DNA from: Actinomycetes bacterium
GTDB lineage: Bacteria > Actinomycetota > Aquicultoria > Aquicultorales > Aquicultoraceae
Reading direction: 5' to 3'
Assembly: GCA_021794835.1 (NCBI GenBank)
Contig: JAJYQA010000001.1
Location: forward strand, 3,277-67,276
DNA: 64,000 bases
Shown: one piece after another, positions 54,190 to 63,157 of the stretch
Position numbering within the stretch: the first letter of the stretch is position 1
How the letters are laid out: every line of letters starts with the position of its first letter
Program-made: the position numbers and the translations under genes
Notes under the pieces: generated by a model
The model's input: the letters and a program-made list of their open reading frames with translations, nothing else
Database searches by the model: none
Told to the model about the DNA's origin: nothing

Positions 54190-56694
54190 TTATTCTTCAT
54201 GTTCAATAACCCTACCCACAAACTTTACCAGTCTATCTACTTCGTAATCGGCGTCTTTTTGTGTTTTTCCCTCTGCGTAGATTCGCACAACTGGCTCATC
54301 GGGATCGGGCAGGATTAGTACCCAACCCTCGCTGTTATACAATTTCACCCCATCTACCATCTCGGCTTGGTAATCCTTAGCAAGTTCAAGAACCCTTCTC
54401 ATGACCAGGCCTTTCTTATCCCAGGGACAGAACGTGTTGGAATGGGATAAGTAATATGACGGCAGACTTGCCACAAGCTCGGATAGTGGCCGGCCTTCAG
54501 TAGCCAGGTACTCCATAAGCTGAAAGAATGTGACCACACCATCGTAGGCCGGTAAGAAATCAGGGAATATATAGCCGCCACCCTGCGCCCCAACAAAAAT
54601 TACGTCTTCGTCAAGGGCGGCCTCCATCATTGCTCGTGGGCTAATTTTTGTTCTTATCACGTCTCGCCCGTAACTTGCCGCAATATCTTCTACAATAGAA
54701 GATACGGTTAATGGAACGGCAATTTTCCCCGGCGATCTTACATGCCGGCATGTAAGGTAGATAAAAAGGTGAAGTGCGTCATCGGGCGAGACCGTCCGCC
54801 CCCGATCGTCTACCAGTACAACTTTCTCACCCCCGCTGTCGATCATAATACCGAAATCCGCCTTAAATGTGTCAACTACTTTGGATAGTTGTTGAACTGC
54901 CGCACCAAGCTGCTCTGGCGATATTGTCGTCTTATACTCGCTGGTATAGGTATTCAGGCCTATCACATCGCAGTTTAGCTTCTCTAGTAGGTGTGGCATT
55001 ATAAACGTGGTGCTCCCAAAGGCATAATCAACAACAACCTCAAACCTTCTCTGGCGGATCTTCTCCACGTCGATAACCCGCAGAATTGAGTCCCTGTACA
55101 TCTCAATCGATCTTTGTGGGAATTTGGTTTCGCCAATCTCGGTAAAGAACACTCTTCTGTAATCCTGGCGGTAGTAGTACTTTTCGATGTTCCTCTGTGA
55201 GTCTTCTTTGATATTTATTCCATGCGAGTCAAAAAAATGTATTTCTAAGGATTGCTGATCAAAGGGAGAAGTTCTTATATGTACGCCTCCAACCTCTTGG
55301 CCAGTTTGAATTAAGAACCTGCTGACAGACGCAGGCACTATTCTTAAATCACTGCAGTTTACACCGTTTGAGTTCAAGCCAGCAATCATTGCGCGCTTGA
55401 TCATCCTGGCGGCGCGACTTGCATCCTGACTTACCACTACAGAGGAGCCTTTTTTTAATGTAGTGCCGTAGGCCATCGCAAGCTTTAACGCAAGCTCAAC
55501 CGTAATGTCGATATTTATCAAGCCGCTTACGCCACTTGCGCCGAAGAGACTTCTCATTCCCCTGGATTCCCAGATAAGATTGCTGTTTATAACCGCGTTT
55601 TCATCCACCCTCTTAAACGGATAGATTTTCACATCATGGCTTATAACTGCACCCTCGCCGATTACCGAGTCGTCGCCTACAACAACACCTTCTTCAATAT
55701 GAACGCCGTTTTTAATATCGCAGTTTTTGCCAACCACTGCGCCGTGAATGTGACTTTGCGAGCCAATGTAGGCATTATCCCATATGATACTGCGGTGGGT
55801 GTGAGCTTTGCTTTTCATAACAACATTGTTTCCAATAACCGAATACTCGTCCAGCTCGGCCCCCGGTTCTACTTTTGCGTTCTGCCCTATTACTACCGGA
55901 CCGGATATGTCAACCGAGAGATCGACATCAGCGCCGTCGCCGATCCAGACACTCTCCCTCATTCTAATCCCCGGCGGTTGTATTTTTGATTTTAAATCGA
56001 GGATATCCCGATGTGCCTGCATATACTGCTCAAAATTACCAATATCGCACCAATAGCCATCCATGACGCAGCCGTAAAGCGGCGCCCCTTTTTCTAATAA
56101 CATAGGGTAAAGGTCTTTGCTGAAATCAAATGGCTCGCCCTTGGGGATGTACTTGAATATATCAGGCTCCAGGACATATATGCCGGTATTTACAGTATCG
56201 CTAAATACCTGTCCCCAGTTCGGCTTCTCAAGAAATCTCTCGATTTGCCCCGATTCCTCGGTTATAACAACCCCAAACTCAAGGGGATTTTCGACTCTCT
56301 TCAGGGCAATAGTGGCCATTGCACCTTTTCGCTTATGAAAATCCATCAAATACGAAAGATCAAAATCGGTCATTGCATCCCCGCTTATGACAATAAAGGG
56401 CTCGTCTAAAAAACTCTCTGCCTCTTTAACGCTACCAGCCGTGCCCAGTGGGAAATCTTCAATCGAATACTGCAAGTTCACGCCGGCATCGGCCCCCTTG
56501 CCGAAATAGTTCTTAATAAGCTGGGGGAGAAAATGTAGGGTGGCTACAATATCAACGATTTCATGTTCGCGCAGTAGCTCGAGGATGTAATCCATAACCG
56601 GCCGGTTAAGAACCGGCACCATTGGTTTCGGCTGGTTACTGGTCAAAGGTCTAAGTCGGCTTCCCTCGCCGCCAGCCATAACTACTGCTTTCAT
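54190..56694 (-). CDS. Fusion protein: sugar-1-phosphate nucleotidyltransferase + left-handed beta-helix + phosphohexomutase-like domain
   Basis: 834 aa. The N-terminus carries GGEGSRLRPLT (NTP-transferase), followed by hexapeptide repeats. The C-terminal PGM/PMM-like region has IRTSPFD in place of TASHNP and DSGGEK in place of DGDGDR. Confidence 0.85.
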   Translation of the reverse strand: MKAVVMAGGEGSRLRPLTSNQPKPMVPVLNRPVMDYILELLREHEIVDIVATLHFLPQLIKNYFGKGADAGVNLQYSIEDFPLGTAGSVKEAESFLDEPFIVISGDAMTDFDLSYLMDFHKRKGAMATIALKRVENPLEFGVVITEESGQIERFLEKPNWGQVFSDTVNTGIYVLEPDIFKYIPKGEPFDFSKDLYPMLLEKGAPLYGCVMDGYWCDIGNFEQYMQAHRDILDLKSKIQPPGIRMRESVWIGDGADVDLSVDISGPVVIGQNAKVEPGAELDEYSVIGNNVVMKSKAHTHRSIIWDNAYIGSQSHIHGAVVGKNCDIKNGVHIEEGVVVGDDSVIGEGAVISHDVKIYPFKRVDENAVINSNLIWESRGMRSLFGASGVSGLINIDITVELALKLAMAYGTTLKKGSSVVVSQDASRAARMIKRAMIAGLNSNGVNCSDLRIVPASVSRFLIQTGQEVGGVHIRTSPFDQQSLEIHFFDSHGINIKEDSQRNIEKYYYRQDYRRVFFTEIGETKFPQRSIEMYRDSILRVIDVEKIRQRRFEVVVDYAFGSTTFIMPHLLEKLNCDVIGLNTYTSEYKTTISPEQLGAAVQQLSKVVDTFKADFGIMIDSGGEKVVLVDDRGRTVSPDDALHLFIYLTCRHVRSPGKIAVPLTVSSIVEDIAASYGRDVIRTKISPRAMMEAALDEDVIFVGAQGGGYIFPDFLPAYDGVVTFFQLMEYLATEGRPLSELVASLPSYYLSHSNTFCPWDKKGLVMRRVLELAKDYQAEMVDGVKLYNSEGWVLILPDPDEPVVRIYAEGKTQKDADYEVDRLVKFVGRVIEHEE

Positions 56695-56727
56695 AACTAC
56701 CTCCTAGTTGCTAAAGACAAGTTTTAG

Positions 56728-57369
56728 TTAAGAGAAACGCCTCATAACCCAAACCTCGGTCTCTTTCGGAAGGCTTGAGGTCATTAGCTCTATAATGCTT
56801 TCCATGTTCTTTACAATAGGCATTTTTCTCAGAAACGGCTCTGCCGTAGAGATATTAAGAGTCAGGTCTTTTGTCTTGTAATGCATTGGGATGGCTATAC
56901 GAGGCTTAAGCTGGTTCACAATATCAGCCGCCTGTACCCCGTCTATTGTATATATACCGCCAACGAGGATAAGAAGAACATCGATGCCTTTAAGTGCAGC
57001 AGCTTGTTCCCCGCTAAGCGTAGACTGCCCATAGTCTCCCATATGAGCCAACGTGATCCCATCGATATTAAATTTAAATATAATATTACTACCGCGTTTG
57101 TCCCCTTTAACTTCGTCATGGTAGGATTGAATTCCTTCTATAGTTATGCCTTCAATATTGTATTTTCCTATAGAATCTATAACCGTTGGTGAACCTTCGA
57201 CGGCCGAGACATTTGCATGGTCTTTATGATGATGACTAAGCGTAATTATACCTGCAGATAGCTTAGGCGGCGCGTAGCCGATATATTCGTTATATGGATC
57301 TGTTACAATTTTGGTCCCTTGGTCATCCTCAAATAAAAACATCGAATGTCCCAGCCAGGTTATTTTCAT
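56728..57369 (-). CDS. MBL-fold metal-dependent hydrolase (UPF0173-like)
   Basis: 213 aa, MKITWLGHSMF ... SHHHKDH motif. Confidence 0.8.
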   Translation of the reverse strand: MKITWLGHSMFLFEDDQGTKIVTDPYNEYIGYAPPKLSAGIITLSHHHKDHANVSAVEGSPTVIDSIGKYNIEGITIEGIQSYHDEVKGDKRGSNIIFKFNIDGITLAHMGDYGQSTLSGEQAAALKGIDVLLILVGGIYTIDGVQAADIVNQLKPRIAIPMHYKTKDLTLNISTAEPFLRKMPIVKNMESIIELMTSSLPKETEVWVMRRFS

Positions 57370-57388
57370 TAAATTCCACCGCCTAGTA

Positions 57389-57946
57389 CTAGGTTGTCTT
57401 TATACCACGCAGTATACTTACAGCAAGTTTAAGATATTTTAATCCGGATAAAAGAGAGAGCGCTACTCCAATATAAAAAAGTAAAATCCCAATAGTTTTA
57501 AGCTGGGCGGAGCCGTCGCCGAAGTTCAGCGTCAAGAAGAATACCGCACCCATCAGTGTTGCTGTAGCTAACTTACCCTCGTAGGTAACCCTTATTCGGG
57601 TTCCTAAGTAAGATATATATACCCATCCTATAACCATTAAAATATCCCGGCCAACAACAATTAAAATTGCCCATAGCGGAACAAGGGTGCTAATTTTTAT
57701 ATATAGGGTGACAAGGGCTGAGGCTATAAGTATACGGTCAACTACTGGGTCTGCTACCTTGCCAAACTCAGTTACCTGGTTAAGCCTTCTCGCAGCCTGA
57801 CCATCAAGCCAGTCAGTAAAAGCAGCCAGGCCAAACGATAACGGAGCCAACCAGTGGTAAGCAAAGTTACTGGCAATCGCCGCATAGACGAAGACTGGTA
57901 TTAAAAATAGTCTTGAAAGCGTTAATATATTTGGAAGGTTTAGCAT
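57389..57946 (-). CDS. pgsA: CDP-alcohol phosphatidyltransferase (PgsA-like)
   Basis: 185 aa, D-G-x2-A-R-x8-G-x3-D-x3-D motif (DWLDGQAARRLNQVTEFGKVADPVVDR), about 4 TM. Confidence 0.85.
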   Translation of the reverse strand: MLNLPNILTLSRLFLIPVFVYAAIASNFAYHWLAPLSFGLAAFTDWLDGQAARRLNQVTEFGKVADPVVDRILIASALVTLYIKISTLVPLWAILIVVGRDILMVIGWVYISYLGTRIRVTYEGKLATATLMGAVFFLTLNFGDGSAQLKTIGILLFYIGVALSLLSGLKYLKLAVSILRGIKTT

Positions 57947-57971
57947 TTAGCGCCCCTAAATTCGAAATTCG

Positions 57972-58424
57972 TTAGGCCTCTACTTGTGCCCCATCCTCTG
58001 CCCTTCGCTTGAGGTCAGATAGCATCTGCTTCATGTTCTCGCGCAGTTTCTTTGCAAGTAATGGGTGGATCAACGGTGCGATCATCGGAACTCCAAATTC
58101 AAAGTAAATGCTGAAGGTGACTTTTGTTATCGAACCGTTTGGCTCGAGCTGCCAGAAACCCTTCAATGTTTTGAGATCTCCTTCTACTTGATCGAAATCT
58201 ATCCTATTTTCAGCCGGTTTAATGAAGTCCTTCTCTATCCACCTAATTACACGCTTATCGATCTCGGTTATCCACTCTGAGACAGAGTACCCATCTCCCT
58301 GCTCAAGAATATTAACCTGCTTTACGCCTTCCATGATATCCGAATACTTTTCAAAGTCAGATATTATTGAGAAAAGCTCTGATGGGTCCATGGCTATATC
58401 GATTGTTTCCTCAACTAACGGCAC
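57972..58424 (-). CDS. SRPBCC (cyclase/dehydrase-type) ligand-binding protein
   Basis: 150 aa with START/Bet v1-like alternation and a C-terminal long helix. Confidence 0.65.
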   Translation of the reverse strand: MPLVEETIDIAMDPSELFSIISDFEKYSDIMEGVKQVNILEQGDGYSVSEWITEIDKRVIRWIEKDFIKPAENRIDFDQVEGDLKTLKGFWQLEPNGSITKVTFSIYFEFGVPMIAPLIHPLLAKKLRENMKQMLSDLKRRAEDGAQVEA

Positions 58425-58444
58425 TTTTATCCCTCCTGGATCGG

Positions 58445-59734
58445 TTATGAAGATAGCGACTTGTTCTGCTCCATTGCCTCTCGAAGAACTTTAAGCATAA
58501 AGTCGATCTGCTCATATGTAATAATCAGGGGCGGCTCAATACGAACTACCTTTGGATTGTTTAGCATATGTAGCACGAGTATCCCTTGCTGTTCAAGCTC
58601 ATATATCGTGCCTCCGGCCAATCCCTCATCGGCAAACTCGATGCCAACAAGAAGACCTTTGCCGCGCACATCCACAATTACTCCAGGATACTCTTGTTTT
58701 AGTTTGTTAAGTTTCGCAAGTAGGTACTTGCCTTTTTCGGCAGCTTGTTTAGGCAGGTCTTCTTTGATTATAGTATCAATTGTTGCGTTTGCGGCGGCAC
58801 AGGCAAGCGGATTGCCCCCAAATGTCGAAGTGTGAAGAAGCGGGTCTGTTATGAACGGAGCAAAAGCTTTTGGTGTTGCAATAAAAGCTCCAATAGGCAT
58901 TACGCCACCTCCAAGTGCTTTTGCAAGAGCCATTATATCTGGTATGACGTCCTCATACTCGCAGGCAAACATCCTTCCGGTTCTGCCAAAACCGGTTTGC
59001 ACCTCATCAAGGATAAGTAGAACCCCAGTTTCATTACAGAGGTCTCGCACAGCCCTCAGATACCCATCGGGGGGACAGATAACCCCACCCTCACCCTGGA
59101 TTGGCTCAAGTATAACGGCTGCCGTGTTCCCATTTATCACGGCCTTTAAGGCTTCTATATCGCCAAAAGGGACGTGGTCAACATCGGGGATAAGCGGCTT
59201 AAATGGCTCTCTGTAGACAGACCTTCCGGTCGCACTTAAAGAACCCAAGGACTTGCCATGAAACGCGTTATCTGCTGCGATTATTTGCGTCTTTCCGGTG
59301 GCTGCCCTAGCAAGTTTTAGCGAGCCCTCGACAGCCTCGGTTCCACTGTTACATATAAACGAGTAGGTAAGATCACCTGGAGTGACCTTTGCCAGACGCT
59401 CGCAAAGGTCGGCCATGGGTTTGTTCATTATGGTTCTTGCGCTGGTTTGGGCTATTTTCTTTATTTGATCCTCGACTGCTTTTACCACTTTCGGATGGCA
59501 ATAACCCAAGTTATAGACGCCGTGCCCGCTTAAGAAATCAAGATATTTTTGTCCTTTGGTGTCGTACATATAGACACCTTCAGTCTTGACCTCCAGGGTA
59601 GTGCCTAATATGCGCATCAATTGCGCAAAACCCGGATTTACATATTTCTCGTATTTCTCGAGAGTCTCCTTTACGGTGTCTTCCGCATCTGTAGATGATA
59701 AGTCACCATTCGTATTAATTAGCTCTTCTTTCAA
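58445..59734 (-). CDS. Class III PLP aminotransferase (acetylornithine/putrescine/GABA type)
   Basis: 429 aa, CNSGTEAVE, the DEVQTGFGRTGRMFA block, and a LAKALGGG lysine. TTG start 6 nt after GGGAGG. Confidence 0.85.
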   Translation of the reverse strand: MKEELINTNGDLSSTDAEDTVKETLEKYEKYVNPGFAQLMRILGTTLEVKTEGVYMYDTKGQKYLDFLSGHGVYNLGYCHPKVVKAVEDQIKKIAQTSARTIMNKPMADLCERLAKVTPGDLTYSFICNSGTEAVEGSLKLARAATGKTQIIAADNAFHGKSLGSLSATGRSVYREPFKPLIPDVDHVPFGDIEALKAVINGNTAAVILEPIQGEGGVICPPDGYLRAVRDLCNETGVLLILDEVQTGFGRTGRMFACEYEDVIPDIMALAKALGGGVMPIGAFIATPKAFAPFITDPLLHTSTFGGNPLACAAANATIDTIIKEDLPKQAAEKGKYLLAKLNKLKQEYPGVIVDVRGKGLLVGIEFADEGLAGGTIYELEQQGILVLHMLNNPKVVRIEPPLIITYEQIDFMLKVLREAMEQNKSLSS

Positions 59735-59884
59735 TTGCCGCCTCCCTGGGTAGTTCTAAGCCCTTATCATAAATCAAAGGGTAGACAATTTTTAGTTTTA
59801 AGTTGCAATGGAAGCATTTTTATTTTTTGATTTTTAATTTCTTGCTTGCTCCTTACTGCTACTATTATAGCTGATTTCTGCCTA

Positions 59885-59932
59885 TAACAAAAAAGCCTGC
59901 CTCTACTTAAAAGAGACAGGCTTTTATTTTTT
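59885..59932 (-). terminator. Rho-independent terminator closing the dsr operon
   Basis: AAAAGCCTGCCTCT-ACTTAAA-AGAGACAGGCTTTT (1 mismatch) with T-runs on both strands, starting about 10 nt after the dsrL stop. Confidence 0.8.
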
Positions 59933-59943
59933 CTTACCCTATA

Positions 59944-61629
59944 CTACTGCATATCGATGTAGTTGCATGGGCACTCTTCTGCACATTTCTTACAGCCTAC
60001 GCAGGCATCAAGGTTCATTTTATAGCGTGGCTCGAACTCATGCTTTTCAGCTGGCTTCTTAAACACGCTATAAGTACAGAAGTTGTAGCAGTTTCCGCAA
60101 TCGAAGCACATTCCGCAACTCATACACCTCTCGGTCTCAGCAATGGCAGCTTCGTTTACTAAAGTTGAAACAACCTCATCGAAGTTGCTTACACGGCCTG
60201 CCACTGCTAAGTGCGATTTCTCAGCACGCGGCATACTAGTATAGTATTCCAGTTTCATGGTTGAGTATTTGACAACCGGCGGTGGGTATTCCTTCGGCAA
60301 GTCTTCGCCTTTTATGTAGGCATCAATTGCCTTAGCTGCTTTATGGCCAAGACCAACTGCCTCAGTTACAGTTCCAAGCTTGTTGGTAACATCGCCGCCG
60401 GCAAATACTGCCTCGTCGCTTGTCTGGCCAAATGCGCTACTAGTAGCAATCCAGCCGTTCTCATTGAAGGTCTCAAGACCTATGAAATCCGGACCCTGAC
60501 CGATAGCAGGAAGTATCATATCGGCTTCGATTACAAACTCTGAGCCTTCTACCGGAACTGGCCTTCTGCGACCACTCTCATCCGGCTCGCCTAGTTCCAT
60601 CTTGATGCACTTCAGGCCGGTTACTTTACCGCCATCGCGAATTACCTCAACTGGGGCAGCAAGAAACTCGATATGGATGCCTTCATCCTCAGTATCCTTA
60701 ATTTCCTCATCAAGCGCGGGCATTTCCTCTTTGGTCCTGCGGTAGACGATTTGTGAGTTGGCCCCCAGCCTTAGGGAAACTCTCGCTGCGTCTACTGCAC
60801 TGTTACCGCCACCGATAACAAGAACCTTTTTACCCGAAAGATCCATACTCTCGCCTGTGTTGATCTTGTGTAGGAATTCTACAGCGTTCATTACGCCTTC
60901 GCCTTCCTCGCCCGGTATGCCGAGGTTCCAACCTACATGCGCACCAATACCGAGGAATACGGCCTTGTATTCCTTTTTAAGATCATCAAGAGAGACATCC
61001 TGCCCAATTTTTGTGTTGTACTTAATTTCGACACCTAACGCCTCAATCTTAGCAACTTCAGCATCGATAATATCATCCGGCAGCCTATATGTTGGAATAC
61101 CATACCTCAACATACCGCCAGATCTATCAAATGCTTCAAAGATAGTTACCGGATAACCTCTCCTAGCCAGTTGGAATGCGCAGGATAGTCCAGCTGGACC
61201 AGAACCTACAACAGCAACCTTTTCCGAACGCGTCTCATCGGTTAATTTCTCATGCTGTAGGTTGTTCTGGATACCATAATCCCCGAGAAATCTTTCGATT
61301 TGGTTAATTGAGACTGCTTCGTCTTTTTCTTTTCTATTACAATCGGTCTCGCAAAAATGCGGACAAACTCTTCCAAGTATAGCCGGTATCGGATTAGTTT
61401 CCGTTAGAATTCTCCATGCCTGCTCGTATGCCTGCTCGTAGCTTCTACCGTAATAACCGGTCTGGGCAATTGATGTTAAGAACGATCTTATGTTGTTGCT
61501 ACTCGGGCAGGCATTCTTACAAGGCGGAGTTTTCTCATTGTACTGCGGCCGCAGGTATGCGTCATCTCCCGCACGGCTGTAACTAGTTGCACCTACGGCT
61601 CGCTTTCTAGTTTTAAGTACTACCGCCAT
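59944..61629 (-). CDS. dsrL: DsrL-type NAD(P)H:acceptor oxidoreductase (GltD/NfnB-like flavoprotein with C-terminal 2x[4Fe-4S] ferredoxin domain)
   Basis: ATG at 61629 after AAAGGAGGGA. N-terminal Cys clusters (CKNACPSS, CPHFCETDC), FAD site VAVVGSGPAG, NAD(P)H site VIGGGNSAVD..VYRR, C-terminal CMSCGMCFDCGNC and CVGCKKCAEECPC. Lies downstream of dsrABD. Confidence 0.75.
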   Translation of the reverse strand: MAVVLKTRKRAVGATSYSRAGDDAYLRPQYNEKTPPCKNACPSSNNIRSFLTSIAQTGYYGRSYEQAYEQAWRILTETNPIPAILGRVCPHFCETDCNRKEKDEAVSINQIERFLGDYGIQNNLQHEKLTDETRSEKVAVVGSGPAGLSCAFQLARRGYPVTIFEAFDRSGGMLRYGIPTYRLPDDIIDAEVAKIEALGVEIKYNTKIGQDVSLDDLKKEYKAVFLGIGAHVGWNLGIPGEEGEGVMNAVEFLHKINTGESMDLSGKKVLVIGGGNSAVDAARVSLRLGANSQIVYRRTKEEMPALDEEIKDTEDEGIHIEFLAAPVEVIRDGGKVTGLKCIKMELGEPDESGRRRPVPVEGSEFVIEADMILPAIGQGPDFIGLETFNENGWIATSSAFGQTSDEAVFAGGDVTNKLGTVTEAVGLGHKAAKAIDAYIKGEDLPKEYPPPVVKYSTMKLEYYTSMPRAEKSHLAVAGRVSNFDEVVSTLVNEAAIAETERCMSCGMCFDCGNCYNFCTYSVFKKPAEKHEFEPRYKMNLDACVGCKKCAEECPCNYIDMQ

Positions 61630-61731
61630 ATTTCCCTCCTTTTTAACCCCAGGCGATACCACACCTCACCTAAGGCTTAGTCCAAACTTATTAACCTTAT
61701 TGCCAGTGTGTTCGCCTAAGCGATTATCTTG

Positions 61732-61977
61732 CTAATTAGCAGAGGCCTCTTTATGGGGGAGCTCGATTGAGCTACCACCAAAGTAGCCATATACACACCG
61801 GCCGGAGTCAATAAGCAGCTTTATTGCAGCCTTGCAATCCTGTTTTGATACTTGATCTCCATACTTCGAAGTCATCGCTTTTGTGAGGTCAGTTGATTTC
61901 AGTTTCTTCTGTCCTGCACTCTCAGCAACTAGCTGATACATATCATCTGCGATCTGCTCGATTGAAATCCCAGCCAT
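61732..61977 (-). CDS. dsrD: DsrD-like small winged-helix protein
   Basis: 81 aa, starts 12 nt after the dsrB stop. Lys-rich helix and a C-terminal YGYFGGSS wing resemble DsrD (typically about 78 aa). Confidence 0.65.
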   Translation of the reverse strand: MAGISIEQIADDMYQLVAESAGQKKLKSTDLTKAMTSKYGDQVSKQDCKAAIKLLIDSGRCVYGYFGGSSIELPHKEASAN

Positions 61978-61989
61978 ATTCTACTCCTC

Positions 61990-63066
61990 CTAATATCTAT
62001 TTTGCAGCGACCTTTTGTAGGTCGTTCCTGCATGTCTGAAGTCATCGAGGTGATACTTGGTAAACTCGATGCCAGTCAAATCAAAGAATTTCGGCCAGCC
62101 TATCCGACCGATCCACTCGCCAACACGCTCAAATGGCTTTGCATTTTTGGCGTATACTTCAACGATATTCTTTACCGCATCGGTAACCTCAGGCCATCTT
62201 GGTGGATTATTCGGGATATAAGGAATTGCTAGCTTGGTAAACATCGGTTCTGTCCTGGCGTTAGAAATCTTTCCGCCAACCCAGATTGATACACCATCGT
62301 TTAATGGATCTGACAATGGCATGGCCGGACAAACTGTATAGCAGTTGCCGCAATACATGCACTTATCTTCATCAACCTTAACTGTTGATCTTCCTTCAAT
62401 CGATGTCGGCCTGATCGCGTTGTTCGGGCATGATGCAACAGTTGTCGGAATCTCGCAAAGGTTAGGAAGCGTACTATGATCAATTCTCGGGGGTGTCCTA
62501 TGGACACCGAGGATTGCGATATCCGATGCGTGAACAGCGCCGCACATATTGAGGCAACAAGCTACTGCAAGTCTTACCTTGTGTGGGAGCTTCATCGATG
62601 TAAAGTAGTCTGATAGTTCATCCATAACAACCTTAACCAATCCAGAGGCATCAGTTGCTGATGAGTGGCAGTGTACCCAACCCTGGGTATGAACAACGTT
62701 TGTTATCGACCTACCGGTTCCACCCACTAAAGTAAACTCCTCAAGTTCCTTTATTAGGGGATCGATATTGTCTTTGTTGGCCAGTAGGAACTCTACGTTG
62801 TTTCTGCTGGTAAACCTCAGATAGCCATCAGCATACTTTGCGGCTAATGCGGTTAGCTTTCTCCCAAAATTTGTCGAGATCAACCTTGGGGACGCCGCAC
62901 GTACTGTGTATATGACATCGCCTGATTCCGCAGTATGAGATAATACACCCGGCCTTAGGACTTCGTGATACTTCCACTGGCCATAGTTCTTCTTAATTAG
63001 CGGATGTAGGAACTGCTCATAATGCGGTGGGCCTATATCCGTTCTTCTTTCTGTCGTTGTCGACAT
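61990..63066 (-). CDS. dsrB: Dissimilatory sulfite reductase beta subunit
   Basis: 358 aa: [61 protein letters not shown], and the ferredoxin insert [24 protein letters not shown]. Confidence 0.9.
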   Translation of the reverse strand: MSTTTERRTDIGPPHYEQFLHPLIKKNYGQWKYHEVLRPGVLSHTAESGDVIYTVRAASPRLISTNFGRKLTALAAKYADGYLRFTSRNNVEFLLANKDNIDPLIKELEEFTLVGGTGRSITNVVHTQGWVHCHSSATDASGLVKVVMDELSDYFTSMKLPHKVRLAVACCLNMCGAVHASDIAILGVHRTPPRIDHSTLPNLCEIPTTVASCPNNAIRPTSIEGRSTVKVDEDKCMYCGNCYTVCPAMPLSDPLNDGVSIWVGGKISNARTEPMFTKLAIPYIPNNPPRWPEVTDAVKNIVEVYAKNAKPFERVGEWIGRIGWPKFFDLTGIEFTKYHLDDFRHAGTTYKRSLQNRY

Positions 63067-63157
63067 TTAGTTCTACCTCCTATTACCAAAATCATGCACT
63101 TCAATACCCTTAGGCTTAACTAACTTTTAAGCCTATTGGATATATTGCTAGTTTAAC

